This document shows positions 38,601 to 52,378 of a stretch of 64,000 nucleotides of DNA, one piece after another. The notes below the pieces were generated by a model. That model did no database searches. It was not told the origin of the DNA and worked only from the letters and a program-made list of their open reading frames with translations. Numbering within the stretch: the stretch's first letter is position 1; every line of letters starts with the position of its first letter. Origin of the DNA: Lytechinus pictus (lineage: Eukaryota); NCBI RefSeq assembly GCF_037042905.1, contig NC_087251.1, positions 29,886,001 through 29,950,000 on the forward strand. Reading direction: 5' to 3'. A program made the translations under genes and the position numbers.

Positions 38601-40732
38601 CGTATCCAAGATCAGAATATTCTTAAACTGGTGCTGAATATTATAGGCCTATCTTAGCTAGACGAATTGGCGCGATCCCCGGTCTTCGGTCTTCGTTTTC
38701 CAGACACCCAACAACAGGTTTGGAAAACGAAGACCGAAGACCGGGGACATGCGTTATGTCAATGGTAGTAAAATTGCAAATTAATGTCAGCCAATTAAGA
38801 AGGAAAAATCAGTTCACAGAATGTAATTCTGGAAAATGGAAAAACGGCATACTGGTCTAACTGGTCGAGTCCACTTTACTGGACCAGTTAAGAATTAAAT
38901 TGGTCTGAAATTACTGCATGGTCTAGAGTTAACCTTTAACTGGAAATTTGAAACTGGTCTGATTGATTACTGGAGTTTGTTACTTGTCTCAGTGGAATAG
39001 TGGTGTAAAATGGGAGACCTATCCCGCTTCAACTGGTCTAACTATACTATTTATTGACACAAGCAATTAACATGACTTCATTATCAGCCAATTAGTGACA
39101 TTAATGTATTCTAGATCAGAATATTCTTGAATTTGAGCTGAATAATAGAGGCCTTCATAATTACATTTATAAGTGGTATCTTAGCTAAACGAATGCGATC
39201 CCCGGTCTTCGGTCTTCGTTTTCCAGACACCCAACAACGGGTTTGGAAAACGAAGATCGAAGACCGGGGACCCGTGCATTGTCAATGGGAGAACATGTGT
39301 CGGGGCAAGGTCCAAAGTCCATTCTAACCCGCGCACGTGTTTTGTACACACTTTGCACTGCTTTGTACACACTGGGCGTGAACTACAAACACTTTCACAC
39401 GAGTGTGATATGAGTCCCCGGTCTTCGGTCTTCGGTCTTCGTTTTCCAGACACCCCCTACTAGTGTACAAGAAACCCCCCCACAAAAAAAAAGAAAAAAG
39501 AAACCACCAAAATATGCAGTCACGATGTGTACAAGCATAACTGAGACGTCTTTATTCTGACGATGATATTACAGCAATATTTCTTATATATTTCACTCAA
39601 TAAGTTTTCAAATTCCAAACATTTAAATACTCCAATATTTAATACTACAGTTAATCTCATTGGGGTCCAGGGGAAAGTGTCATGAAAACTTGTTTAAGAT
39701 GGCTATTTGATATTACAAATTATGAACAACATATTTCCATGTCAAGACCAAAGGCCATTTGAGGTCAATAAACTTTGGGTTTTACTCACATGTATTTAAA
39801 TATTTATTTTTCTTCATTTATTTTCTAATTTTGCGTGGCTTGCATCAAGTATCAGTCATTATCAGGTTATTTAATCATGGTCCGAGATTTAAAGGAAAAT
39901 TGATATTTTGTCAGTTTAAAAAATCATGGGTCTCATCCATTTATTTTCTTATACCTTTAAGCTTATACATGTTCAATATCTGTCAAATATGTGTATTTAC
40001 ATAGATCTTTTCATATTCATTACTCTCATTCCAGTGTTCATTCACATCGATATTAGATTTTTTAAGATTCCAATATTTTAGGGCAAGACCATGCCCTGAG
40101 ATGGGCATCAAGGTCAGCCAACATGGGAATTCACTGCCATGGCCATCGATGACTGGATTCATTTAAGCTCTGTTAGTCTTAGCTAAAGCCTATAAAAGAA
40201 AAAAATGGTGTGTGTGAACTCTTCCATTTTTTTTACAAAATGAGGAACGATTATCACCAGATTGTAGTATAACAGCTAATAATCTTACAGCTTACGATAC
40301 ATTATTAGCCTACATCATCAGGCCCGTAGCCAGGGTTTCAATTAGGGGGTTTGATGTCCTTTCTTTCTTTGCTGAAAATTTGACAAGCAAAACAGTCATT
40401 GATCAAAATCGGTTGGCATTACATCCTGTATTTTTTTTTTTTGCTTTTGAAAAATTTAGGGGTTCAATTGAACCCCCAACCCCCCTCCCCCCTTCCTAGC
40501 TACGGGCCTGTTCATGAATGCAGAAAATTTACAGATCTTCAAAATGCAAGGCAGTACAATAGAAATCCATTCCAAGTCAATTAAAACATGTAATCCCTTA
40601 AATTTGTATCCACATCTAGATAAATTATGACTTTCATATTCAATCATGATGGCACTAGAGAAATCGATGGGAATAAGCATTTGGGCCGGTATTGGTACTT
40701 ATTTGCGTGTATTTCATGTATGCTATCTTCAG

Positions 40733-40816
40733 GGCCAGGAGGACACAAGATCAACCTGACCAAAGTGCTGCCAGTACTCACACAGCTGTTCAATACTCCC
40801 AGATTACCGGTAGTAG
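40733..40816 (+). CDS. Plus-strand unknown gene, exon (ARRTQDQPDQSAASTHTAVQYSQITGS)
   Basis: tcttcag acceptor, AG|gtaaat donor, 84 bp, phase 2-2, open. Confidence 0.65.
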
Positions 40817-41629
40817 GTAAATTTCATAAAGTATATTCTTATATTTTTTGAAATACTAATTATTTATTTATTTCATATTGATTTAAAAGGGTAGTTTCAT
40901 ATTTAACTACACTGTTATACTAGAATTTTCTGTGCAAACCATTTGCTCAAGGAAACTGTTGTGAATATGCAGCGGCTTTGCAGCCTAAATTCCCAGAATG
41001 AGATTTGTGCACAGAATGGCATTACGAGCAGTCTTGTGTGAAGACCCTCTCGTTGACAAAGTTTTTATCAGGGTCTATGCCTGTAGACTACTGTAACACC
41101 TGGGACTCCTACATTAAGATTGTGTTGTAAATTTTTTTAAATAGATTCAACATTTACCTAATTGGGAGTTTTTAAAGGGGAAGTTCACCCTGACAAAAAG
41201 TTTATTGTAAAAAAAGCAGAAAAAAATAATAAAATATATTGCCAAAGGTTTGAGATAAATAGATCAAAGAATTAAAAAGTTATTAGATTTTTAATTCAAT
41301 TTGTGACGTCATATGCGAGCAGTATTCCTACTTAGCAAATGGTAAAAAATCAATGAAATGTCATTTTCTCTGAAAATTGAAAATGGTTTTTACTGTACCT
41401 TTTGTATATCAATAGACAAATCATTTCACACCCGATCACGTAAAGAAAACAAAAGTCATCATGAACCATTGAAAAAATGAAATTTATGCATATAATATTA
41501 CATAACATATGGGGCAGCTGCTCGTTAATGACATCACAAATGCAAAACTTAAAATTCTAATAACTTTCTTAATCTTTAACTTATCTACGTTAGTATCTCT
41601 TATCTTTTAGCTTCATTAATTCTGTTTTT

Positions 41630-42410
41630 GTGCCTCTGCCAACCTTAGGTGGTGCTGCAAGCATTATGGTCCTGTATTTCTTCTGATGATAACTCAAGAC
41701 ATGTTTGACGCATTGACTTCATATTTGCATCATATGACATGAAGTCATATACATGTAGGAGTGACAATGAACTGGTTTGTTTTCGGGATGAAGGTTTAGG
41801 TCAAAGGTCATTAAACACCGTCCTACAAATGCACTGTTTTTTGCGATAAAATATGAACCCCCATTAACTGATCAACTTCATATTTGGATCACATATGTTT
41901 ATGAGAGGGACAATGACTTGATTAGTTTTGAGCGTATGAAGGTGAAAGGTAATTGAAGCTCACAAACTTTTAAGAACTGTTTGACATATCGACTTTAAAC
42001 TTTGGGACATATGTGCAGATGGTGATCTGATGAATTTGGAGGGTTACAAGGTCAAAGGTTCCAGTCCCAGAGATCATTTACATACCTTAAAATGAATTGT
42101 ACTTGTGATACCTGATAAACCATATGAGGTATCAACTTCAAAACTGGAAAATGTATTTTTACTGGAGTGACAATGATCTAAATAGTTTAGGGGAACAGAG
42201 ATCAAAGGTCAGAGAGGTCATGCATCTTCAAATATATGATTTTTGTGATAATTCAAGAACTGCTTGAAAGACTGACTTCAAACTTGGTTTATGTATGCAA
42301 GAATAGATGAATGGCAATGATCTTTAGATTTGGGAATGGCTTGCTCATTTAATCTCTAGTTCTAGTTAATTCAGATCTGGCATTAATGGCAGAGGCATAA
42401 ATTTTTACTT
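41630..42410. mobile_element. Helentron/DINE-like element with degenerate internal tandem repeats
   Basis: tgcctctgcca (~41630) inverted at tggcagaggca (~42387); recurring acttcaaacttgg and ggtcaaaggtca motifs. Confidence 0.55.
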
Positions 42411-42435
42411 TGTGCAGTTGAGAATTCATCTAGAT

Positions 42436-42847
42436 CAGCGCTTCTCAAACGGTGGGCCGCGAAGCTCTCTCAGGTGGGCTGCAAGAAACTCCAGGGGGAG
42501 AAAAACTATAGTATATTTCACAGACCTGTTCGAACATGGTATGTTTGATCAGTCTATTAGGGTCAAACAAAAATTAAAGCACGCTTAGGTATCATGCATG
42601 TTGCAAAGCATGCACATGCACACTATGATGGCTTTAATGCAATTGTCGCCCATTTACCGGACATTTGCAAATGCAGATTAGTTCTCAAACTGTTTGCTTC
42701 AAATGTGATTCAGAGCTTTGTGTTCAAATTTCACGAAGCATTTTTTCATCAAAATTGATGTTTTCTTAAAATTTTGGTAGGTTGGCCTCGAAAAAAATCT
42801 GAGAGTCAAAGTGGTCCTCGAGTAAAAAAAAAGGTTGAGAAGCGCTG
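42436..42847. mobile_element. hAT (Charlie-like) MITE
   Basis: TIR cagcgcttctcaa / ttgagaagcgctg; 8-bp TSD atctagat on both sides. Confidence 0.9.
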
Positions 42848-42959
42848 ATCTAGATTACTTTTTTTATCGAGATAAATAAGAAAATGCCAAAAACAACGAT
42901 GAATAGTGATATAGCTGATGTTCAATATTTACTGATTTTCCTTTCATTATGTCTATCAG

Positions 42960-43025
42960 ACTCGATTCCAAAGGACAAGTGACGTCAACGTTACTGCAGA
43001 ACTCTCCCCGAAAGAGTACTGATGT
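42960..43025 (+). CDS. Plus-strand unknown gene, exon (LDSKGQVTSTLLQNSPRKSTDV)
   Basis: Pyrimidine tract plus tatcag acceptor, GT|gtaagt donor, 66 bp, phase 2-2. Confidence 0.65.
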
Positions 43026-43805
43026 GTAAGTATTGTACAAGCTTTATCAATGCACTTCCCAACTGTTTTATTGGACTGACATTTTCCTTTGTATCTGATT
43101 TTACTCACTGCTTCTCTATAGGGCCTACTTTAGTTCCCAATTTTCATCATTATCTAACTTTGATATTCTAGTGACATTTTCTCTGTTATCTGGTTCTATT
43201 GATTTTGATGCCTCCATTCGTCGATACGTCCGTCCATAATTTGTCCCTCTTTTGTGCTAACCTTAATTTAAATAACCTTTTACGAATCAACTTCAAACTT
43301 GGTCCAAGTTTGCATATAGAAGTAGTGATAATCCATAGAGATATATGGTAAAATTACATTGTCCCCTTTGAAATGTTTGGTCCCACTGTATGTAGCAAAG
43401 CCATTAATAACCTAGTGCATTTGATACATGCAAATTTCGCCATCAACAAACTTTTCTACATTGACTTTTCACATAAAAAAGTCCCATTTAATTAAAAAAG
43501 TTGATATGACGGCAACTTTTGCTGGAATGTTAACTACCGTGGCAACAGGAAAAATTTGTTTCCTGATTGGCTCTTCCAATGAAAGTTGACATTTTAGCAA
43601 GAGTTGCTATCATAGCAACTTTTTATGAAATGGGACCCAGATCATGCAAACTTACTTATAAACCAATTTTTATTGCCATAGTCAAATCAATTTCAGGTAA
43701 AGAAAATAAAGCAATTTATGACTCAATATTTCTTCTTATGATTTTGATGAGAGTTTGACCCGAAGTGCTTTATAAAACCAAAAATATGTTTGATTAGTTT
43801 GTATT

Positions 43806-44472
43806 GTCTCGCCTGCATAGCAGAGCGAGACTACAGGCGCCGCTTTTCCGACGGCAGCGGCGTTTTCAACATCAAATCTTAACCGAAGATTAAGTTTTTG
43901 AAATATCATCATAACTTAGAAAGTATATGGGCATAGTTCATATAACTTGACAAAATTGTTATCAAGTATTACTGAACATCCTGCCAGATAGAGTTTGATG
44001 TCACATGACCAAAGTCAAAGGTCATTTAGGGTCAATGAACTTATAACATGTTGGAGGAATCAGTATCAAATCTTAACCAAAGGTTAAGTTTTTGAAATAT
44101 CATCATAACTTTCATTTAAGTATATTGGCCTAGTTCATGAAACTTGGACTAACAGTAATCAAGTATTACTGAATACCCTGCCTGAGTTTCAGGTCATATG
44201 ACCAGATCAAAGGTCATTTAGGGTCAATGAACTTAGATTATTTTGGGGGAATCAAAACAAAATGTTAAAGATTTTTTTTAAATATATCTCTGAAAATATA
44301 TGGGTCTTGTTCATGAAACTTGGACATAAGATTAATTAAGCATCAGTGAACATCCTGCATAAGTTTCAGGTCACATGACCAAGGTCAATGAACTTTGGCC
44401 GTGTTGGTGGTATTTGTTGAGTTGCCATCGTAACTTTGAAAGTTTATGCATCTGGTTCATGAAATGTGGACA
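43806..44472. mobile_element. Helentron/DINE-like element with ~190-bp internal repeats, truncated
   Basis: 5' hairpin gtctcgcc...gcgagac; about 3.5 copies of a gttcatgaaacttgga...aggtcacatgacc...aaggtcatttagggtcaatgaact unit. Confidence 0.6.
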
Positions 44473-44506
44473 TTTTTTGTACTGAATTCTTCATTGATTT
44501 CCTCAG

Positions 44507-44680
44507 AACTATCACCATAGACTTGCCTACAGATGAGGATGGTCCCAGACCTGATGGAGTGAAAGAAGGAGGAGCAGCAGGACATGGAGAATCTTGTATC
44601 AGTGGAAGCAATGATTGCTTTCATTCTAGTTTGAGTAGCTCCCATAGCCTTAAGTCAAATGAGGAGGCTGAAAGAATCAG
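44507..44680 (+). CDS. Plus-strand unknown gene, exon (TITIDLPTDEDG...FHSSLSSSHSLKSNEEAERI)
   Basis: tttcctcag acceptor, AG|gttggt donor, 174 bp, phase 2-2, GC-richer than its flanks. Confidence 0.75.
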
Positions 44681-46231
44681 GTTGGTCCTGGAATAACATA
44701 ATTTTGGATTGCCTTTAGGGGTGTTGGAAGAGACGTGCAAACACTTGCAAGTCAATTTTGGGTCTAAAACACAATCATGAGGTTGGCAATTAAAAGCGAA
44801 TTTGAATTTGAACTTAATTGCTGTTCTGCTACTTTTAACAAGCAGTAAAAGTCCAGTAGCACTAGTTACAATTGATATATTAAGTGTAAATTTGCATTAA
44901 AAATCTGCAATTGATTGCAAACATTTTTTTGCAAAACTCCCTCCGTCACATCTGCTGTGACTGATTCTGCAATGCTTTATCAAAGTTTTGTCAGACAGTC
45001 AACATAGATAATAAAGTTGCTGATGCATAGTGAATGGTCTGATAAAGCTTGCAGCATCTGTGGCAATTTGTGTCTGTTATTTGCAACTGACTATAATGAC
45101 TGCTAATAAAAAATGGTGTTTACAGGAATAGGCCCTAGAGTTATTTTCCCAACTTCTTTTCGTTCCGATTACATCTTCTACCTTGCCCATAGGAGAATTC
45201 CAGGGTTATTTTTTGTTTTAATTTCTGAGGGAATTTTAAAAACATCTTAAGGCAAATTGCCCCTTTTCCTCAGTGTATTTCTTTTTTCACCAAAGAGGGA
45301 CTTGAGTGTATTACTGGGTTGTATTTCTAGACCTCAAACATCAAGAGGAGGGCCGGTCAGATATGATATTGAGGGAGTGTAAGTATCTTGAAGCCTCAGT
45401 GACCTAAAAATTCTTCTGTTTTGTTGTTGCTCATTTGCATTTTGTACACGGTTCACATGGATCAGGGAACTTCAGGAACATCCAGCAATCCAAAATTTTG
45501 TTCTTCCAGGAGCAATGTTGGCGAATTGCTAATTACTTGTGTAAAGTCAGAAAAAATCTTTTCATTAGATTTTTCTCGAAGGGCAAATTCACTCTGCCAT
45601 CAGTTGCCTTCGATAAAACATCAAACTTAGAGAATCAATTGAAACATAGGTTTATCAAATATCCATCAAAAAAGAACAGAATTACAATTTTAAAATGTTT
45701 TATTTGATGTGACTTTATTTGTAATAAATACAATGCTCTCAGTAAATAATGATAGGTCTGTGCTTTCATTACCTAATAAGGCACATTATTTCATATGTAC
45801 ATCTATGAAAAACAAAACCACATTCATTCATCGTGAACTATAAAAACAATGCCAGTTTATTATTATTTTATCATGGGGTTTTTTATCTCTGCAAATGAGA
45901 TGAGAAAGCTCCAATTGCATTGACTTTGTACACAAAGTCATGATTTGGAGTAATTTTTTTTCTCTGATACTAGTATGTAAGAATGTCTCATTTTTGAAAC
46001 GCTTCCGAACAGTGTTGCAAAATAAAATATGCGTGTCAGAATTGTCACGGAAAATGTTTAGGGGGATTGAATCTACACCAAGCCATTTTAGGATTAAAGA
46101 ACATGAGAAAGGCTCATTCTTTCAGGAGTATTTTATTGAACGAGTACATTCTTATTCTGTATCCTATATTACTTTGTAATTCAATTTGAAATGCTAAGAT
46201 GCATGATATTTGATTTCTTTAATATTTCTAG

Positions 46232-46321
46232 GGTGTGTGGTAGAATTTCAAGCAGTGAGAGTTACCATTCAGACTTGAGTGGCCCTCAAAGCCTTCACTC
46301 AAATGATGAACCTCAGAAAAG
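46232..46321 (+). CDS. Plus-strand unknown gene, exon (VCGRISSSESYHSDLSGPQSLHSNDEPQK)
   Basis: tttctag acceptor, AG|gtaaat donor, 90 bp, phase 2-2; similar to the end of the preceding exon. Confidence 0.75.
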
Positions 46322-46359
46322 GTAAATGCATATTTTCTATCATACTCCAACAAATATCT

Positions 46360-46756
46360 TGGCCCAAATTCACAATGGTGGTTTTGAAAACCATTGGTTG
46401 AACTCATGGTTTATGCAGATTTCCGGTATAATTTATGCTTAAATACAGCGTATATTTAAAAAAGTTATATGATGATGCACGCTTTTGTAACATGGTTGAG
46501 TATATTATTCATTAATGAGTCTACTGATTTGAACAGTGAACTCGTCTATTCAATATCGTGGACCTGTGAATAAAATACTGTGCTTAATCATGGCAACAAG
46601 TGTCAATTTGGTTCAATTTGACAAAAGCGTGCATCAGCATTGGACATTTTTTTTAAATATTCATGGTAAAGAAGCGTAATTTATGCAGGAAATCTGCATA
46701 AAGTGTAGGTTCAATCGATTGTTTTCAAACCCATGCACCTTTGTGAATTCGGGCCA
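46360..46756. mobile_element. Harbinger-like MITE
   Basis: tggcccaaattcacaatggtg / cacctttgtgaattcgggcca with long internal complementarity. Confidence 0.65.
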
Positions 46757-49093
46757 TTGTGATTGTGGTGGTATATAGAGAATATAATATACCAGAAATT
46801 ATTTGTTCTGTAACAAATGAGCAAACAATTTACTGAATGTCGGAAACAGGGATCAAATAAGATTTGATTTGATTTTGATCAAAATAGTTATCGAGTGATA
46901 GCCAGTCTGTTGACAATTATATTAGTTGTTTTTACTTAAGAATTTCCACAACAGCTTTGGTTATGTTTTGAAAACAATGAAAAGCTGCAAGTGTATTGCT
47001 TTAATAGCTAATATGAAGAATTATACTTTGGCAATCGAATCTCCAAGAAAAAAGCGGGATGTGTTATTGAAATCAATATTAATTATTAGTCAGCTTGCTC
47101 ATGTTCTTGCCAAGCTACAATAAACAGGCGATAGTCAGCAGTTGAAATCTAGCATTCAGATTGGTAATAATGTCTCACCTACATGTATAGTTGCATTTAG
47201 AAATATGAGTTATATGTATCTTATATTTTTCATTTGTCATGTTTTCTCATGACCAGCTATTACTGGATAATTTTAATGTTTTCAAGATTTGAATAATAGA
47301 CCGATTCAGGCACTACAATTGTTTAGTCCAATATGGGAGGGGGGTCAACTTGACCACCTCTGCAATTTGTTATTGTAGCAAAAATGCTCAGTCACAGTTG
47401 ACACACAATCAGACAAGTATTTATTTTTTCAATTCTCTTGTACCTTTTGATGTGTACTCATTTTACAAAAGTTGGTCTCGGATTTCAGGGTCATGGCAAA
47501 TTTGTAAATTGCCTGTTGGACAAAACCTCATTCCTTTTGCAACACTTTGTGTACTACTTTTCATATGAAAATTACTAAAGAAGCACTGCCAAAATATCAT
47601 ATTTTCTCATTGAATTGATGAAAATTAAATTCCAGAAATACATTAATAATTAAAACAATGAAATGTATACCAATGAAAAATTATAAACCATTATTAATTG
47701 ATTTTACGTATACCTTGTTTACACGCTGTATCGGCTCGCGGTGCAGAACCGAGAGCTGATGCAGAATTGGCTTTTTTATGCGTATAAACGCGATTAACTT
47801 GCATCGGCTCTTGGTGCAGAATCGGCAATTTTGCCAAAATAGTAGGATCAGAATCATGGGTCGATGCAGAATCGTTTTTTTTTTCTCTGCGTGTAACTAT
47901 GAAGCCGATTCTGCACCAGCAATTAGCTGATTGCTCACCTGTTCTCTTATTGTGACATCCCCTGATAGCAGAAACTGGTAAAAATGACGTCATAATTACG
48001 TCAGTTTAACGACGAGTGTCACGTCATTTTGACGTCGTAACATGACGTCTTATTGACGGGATCTTGCACCCGCGAATAACGTCATTATGACGTCGTATAT
48101 TGACGTCATTATGACGTCTCCAAGAGTGACTACGACGTCTTAATGACGTCTTAGCAACGTTTTTACGTTTTCCTGACCAGTATCAAGGGTCAGATTGACG
48201 TCGTGTATTGACGTGATTATGACGTCTTCGAGAGTCAACAACGACGTCTTAATGACATCCGTGCAACGTGTTCCTGACCGGTTTTAGACGTCATATTGAT
48301 GTAATTATGACGTCTTTAAAAGTCATCTACGACGTCTTAATGACAACTTTGCGACGTATTCCTGACCAGTTTCAGACGTCATATTGATGTAATTATGACG
48401 TCTTTATAAGTCAACTACGACGTCTGAATGACGACTTTGCAACATATTGCTGACTAGTAATAGACGTCATATTGACGTCGCATATTAAAATGAATATGAC
48501 GTCTTTTGGAGTCAACTATGATATCTTAACGTATTCTGACGTGATAATGACCTAAACATTAAATTCTACATGCAATGTACATACACACATCACTTCAAAG
48601 ACCTTGTCATTGAGGATTATCTATATTTGGTGAATACTGAGGTGGTCTGACAATGTCCAGCATTCCCAGTAACAATATAATGATCCTCCATGCTAGGGCC
48701 TTGCATAACTTGTCTCGGTCTCAAGAACATGACCCCCCCCCCCTCGAAAAAGAATATATACAAAAATGGAAAACGAAATCAAATACATGTACGCATTTCA
48801 ATTACGAAATCGTTGCAAATATTCTATTAATAAATAAAAGTTGCATAACATATTACCAGCAAAAAAAAAAGGAATACAAAATGTTGAAAACTCCAAATAG
48901 ATTGAAAAAAAAAAAACACTTTTCTATGAAAATGCAGTATTAGGGTCAAAGGAATGAAATTACAATGTTTGTTATACCAATACATACAATTGTACATATA
49001 CATGTACACATTAATACATAACAGAGGCATAATGATCTCCAAGAATAAAGCTTTTTCGTTGAAATTGTAATTAAATATACCTTCAACTTTAGA

Positions 49094-50390
49094 CAACTAT
49101 GTAATGTAGGTAAAAATATACTGTATGTAAAAAAAAAATACCCGAGTTGGAATAGTTTCAGGATTTATGGAAGCTCGCATTTGGGTGAAAGAATCATACA
49201 TGTACATTAATTCTTATGAAATGTTTGGGTTGTATTACACTATCACTTAGGGCCAGGGGTAAAAGACAGTAGTTGCAGCAAACAATTATTTCTTCGGAAA
49301 GTCTTTTAAATTAAGGTTAATTGTCAAAATATTGTACATAATCTAGATCTGGGCCCTGTCTTACAAAGAGTTACGATCGATCCGATCAATCATAACTCTA
49401 TGGAAATCCATCAGTGTCATAATTTTTTTCTACGAAAAATTTGCACAATGTTCTTTGTATGCAAAGAGAAACGCAGCGAATTTTTGAGAAAACAATGAAT
49501 GCATGAACATACATCATAGCTAGAAAATATTTTGAACAAACATGCTTAATAGATGTTAACGTTGCTGACCGTCCATAGTTGCGATTGATCGGATCAATCA
49601 TAACTCTTTGTAAGACGGGGCCCTGGTAAATTAATGTAAACTTGTATCTTTGTAAAATCATGAATTTTGATCTTAAAATCAATAATTCTGATGATCACTA
49701 ACACAGAAAAGCATATGTGGGACAGGACAGTGTATTATGATTGATTTGAGAAATACCAGACGTTTGATAGAATTACATGCTTATTTTGCTCATTTCTCAG
49801 CAATTACACATTTTCTTCCCGAGCTTTTTGGCACACATCTTTTATATATACATACACTTTGCTGGTAATTCTGTTGGATTCTGTTCGAACTCATTTTAAG
49901 ATAGTTACTACTAGAGGTGCGCTATTAACTTAAGGCAACTATGTAATGTAGGAAAAAATATACTGTATGTAAAAAAAAAAATACCTGAGTTCAAAGTTTT
50001 CAGGATTTATGGAAGCTTGCATTTGGGTGAAAGAATCATGCATCAATAAGTCTGATGAAAATAGTTTGTGGAACTGTTGTATTACACTATCACTTACATG
50101 TAGAAGGAAAAGACAGTAGTTGCAGCAAACAATTATTTCTTGAAAAAATCTATAAAATCAAAGTTAATTGTCAATATATTGTACATAATCTACATCTGGT
50201 ACATTAATGTAAACTTGTATCTTTGTAAAATCATGAATTTTTTAACTTAAAATCGATAATTCTGATGATCGCTGTAAACACAGAAAAGCATATGTGGGAC
50301 AGTGTATTATAATCGATTCGAAAAATACCTGACATTTGATAGAATTACATGCTTATTTTGCTCATTTCTCAGCAATTACGCATTTTCTTC
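49094..50390. repeat. Tandem pair of related repeat fragments; first copy interrupted by a palindromic MITE (~49350-49624)
   Basis: caactatgtaatgtagg.aaaa.tatactgtatgt occurs at 49094 and 49936 with collinear downstream sequence; a diverged relative lies at ~55598-55936. Confidence 0.75.
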
Positions 50391-50729
50391 CCTACATGTA
50401 GCTACGTAGGCTTTTTATGTGAGCTGAGAGATTTCATACCAGATTTCCTTAGCTTGATAAAGTTCTTATGATAGTCTGTGTATCAGCATAGTATGTGTTC
50501 AGTGTTTTGAACCCACTGGAGATTGTGCATCATATCTTTATGTATGGAAGTCATTTTGCATCTGCGGTCTCCATGGTTTTTTCAGGATCTATGTGTTGAC
50601 TAGACCAGTCCCATATTGATATTTTCGTGCTGTGTCACTTTGGAAGGCCGTCTCTAATTGGTTGACTGGTGAGTTGGCAGATGCGCAGCCCATCCCACTT
50701 TTCAATTATATCATTACGTAATCTCTAAC

Positions 50730-51346
50730 ATGTCTAAGATTTCCACCAGATCAAGAGGCCGCTTGCACTCGGCTAACGCATGTACACAATCCTCTGCTTC
50801 ATCATTAACTGGATCTAAACAAAGCCCAGCATACCTAGATCATATTGATACAGTCGTTCAAAGAGCGGTGGCCGTGGCAATGGAACGCGAGAGACAAAAA
50901 CTCAATGATGACATGGATAAGCACGAAAATAAATTGCGTGAAATTCTTGATGAAAAGCTCACTAGTCTACACGTTCTTGAAATATCTATCGATACTAAAT
51001 TGAAGCAACTCCGTGATTTTGAAAAATCGGTTTCTGATAACATGACTAACACCATAATGCTTTGTCAAATAGGCTTGACCACATCGAGCAGTACTCCTGT
51101 CGCAATAATATCCGTATCCGTATGAGATTGTTCGAAATGTAGCAAAGCAGATTGGTATCGATCTTACTCCATGTGACATTGATCGATCCCATCACCTTTG
51201 CCGACCAACTAGCAGTCATGATGTTCAACCCAAAGGATCATACCCCGGCGTGGCCCTGTAATGCCAACTTAGCAGCTCCACCAATCAATGTGAAATTCAC
51301 TTCATACAGGCCGAAACAAAGGGTGATGAAAAATAGAGGAAAATGA
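50730..51346 (+). pseudogene. LINE ORF1 remnant (coiled coil plus L1-ORF1-like RNA-binding domain, CR1/L2 type)
   Basis: Coiled-coil ORF 50730-51125, then frameshifted LDHIEQYSCRNNIRI, GIDLTPCDIDRSH and PPINVKFTSYR..RVMKNRGK motifs. Confidence 0.75.
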
Positions 51347-52329
51347 AAATGCTCAGGAACAGATGACTGGGTGCAGGCAGGCAAGGCAGTTCAGGTGGGA
51401 TGAAAATTTATTGGCAGGACACCTTCCGTTTCAAATTACAGCATCTGCAAAAATAACAGAAGAGGAGAAACATAAAAACTTTTTCTACATAAACTATTTA
51501 TTAATCTTCATTAAAAACTAGATGGTTTCAATATTAATTTCCAATTTATTTTAAATGATTAAAAAACGATGTGGGGTTTGTTACATATTTTATACTTCAA
51601 ATATTAACATGTTAAGTCAAGTCGGGGGGGGGGGGCATGATGCCCTCAAGACCTTTAACCATCTCTGTATAAGGAAGGACATTTTAGAATCAATTTATTT
51701 GACACATAAAACATATTATTTTTTTATAATTACAATTTTAATTCATGCCTTTTTTATATGTTTTAAATGGTTATGGGGTAACCAGGACTGTCAGGACCGA
51801 GAATTCGAACTTCGAGGCTGAAATACAGCCATTCCCTATGCCTGATTTGGCTTAAATTCAGGTCAAGGATCAATTAAATATATATTTTGCAAAAAAAATC
51901 TGACAAATTTTGAGGTGGAATTAGTTTTCTGGCATCGCGAGATCGACCAATGCAAAATTTTATTAGCGCCAATTTACCATCTAAACTTGTCATTGAAATT
52001 AGAACGTCCAAACCGATCTAGTACCAGTACTAGCACAATGAATCAATCAGCTATGCATGTGCACCAATTCTGTATTTCTTGCATACGTACGCAGAGATGC
52101 CAACCTAAAGGGATGGTTGTCAGGAACATTTACCATATTTGTCAGGAACAAATGGGAGTTTCTCAGGAACATCCCGCGAAGTAGCATCGTTTATACAGGG
52201 ATGCCACTAGGTGTCCTCCAAAAATACTGAAACTCATCGCGGGCCGGGACAGTGTCCAAGAAAAAAAAATTTAGGGGGGTCCACCTTTAATTTTGGGATG
52301 GACACATGTCACAGGTAAAAAATTGGACA

Positions 52330-52378
<49 letters not shown>

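Larger units (their letters stand above)
27981..38770 (-). repeat. Right-arm tandem array of the 387-bp unit (about 9 units, inverted), split by a 7.2-kb insertion
   Basis: Hairpin junctions near 27996, 28383, 28770, then 36346, 36735, 37121, 37513, 37903, 38287 and 38676. Confidence 0.95.
16974..39456. mobile_element. ~22.5-kb foldback (Mutator/MULE-like) element with multi-kb inverted arms made of 387-bp tandem modules
   Basis: Ends ggggtgtctggaaaacgaagaccgaagacc / ggtcttcggtcttcgttttccagacacccc; flanking direct repeat ctactagt at 16966-16973 and 39457-39464 (10 bp, cctactagtg, if the termini are GGG/CCC); 16974-17680 is the near-exact reverse complement of ~38750-39456. Confidence 0.9.

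Noticed and set aside
17161..39270. Regularly spaced palindromic repeats resembling a CRISPR or attC array
   Set aside because: The intervening sequences are near-identical rather than unique spacers, the context is eukaryotic, and there are no cas or integrase genes.
40082..40190. GC-richer stretch after a tttttag acceptor
   Set aside because: Stops occur in all frames before any donor giving phase 2; it could be UTR, but this is unsupported.
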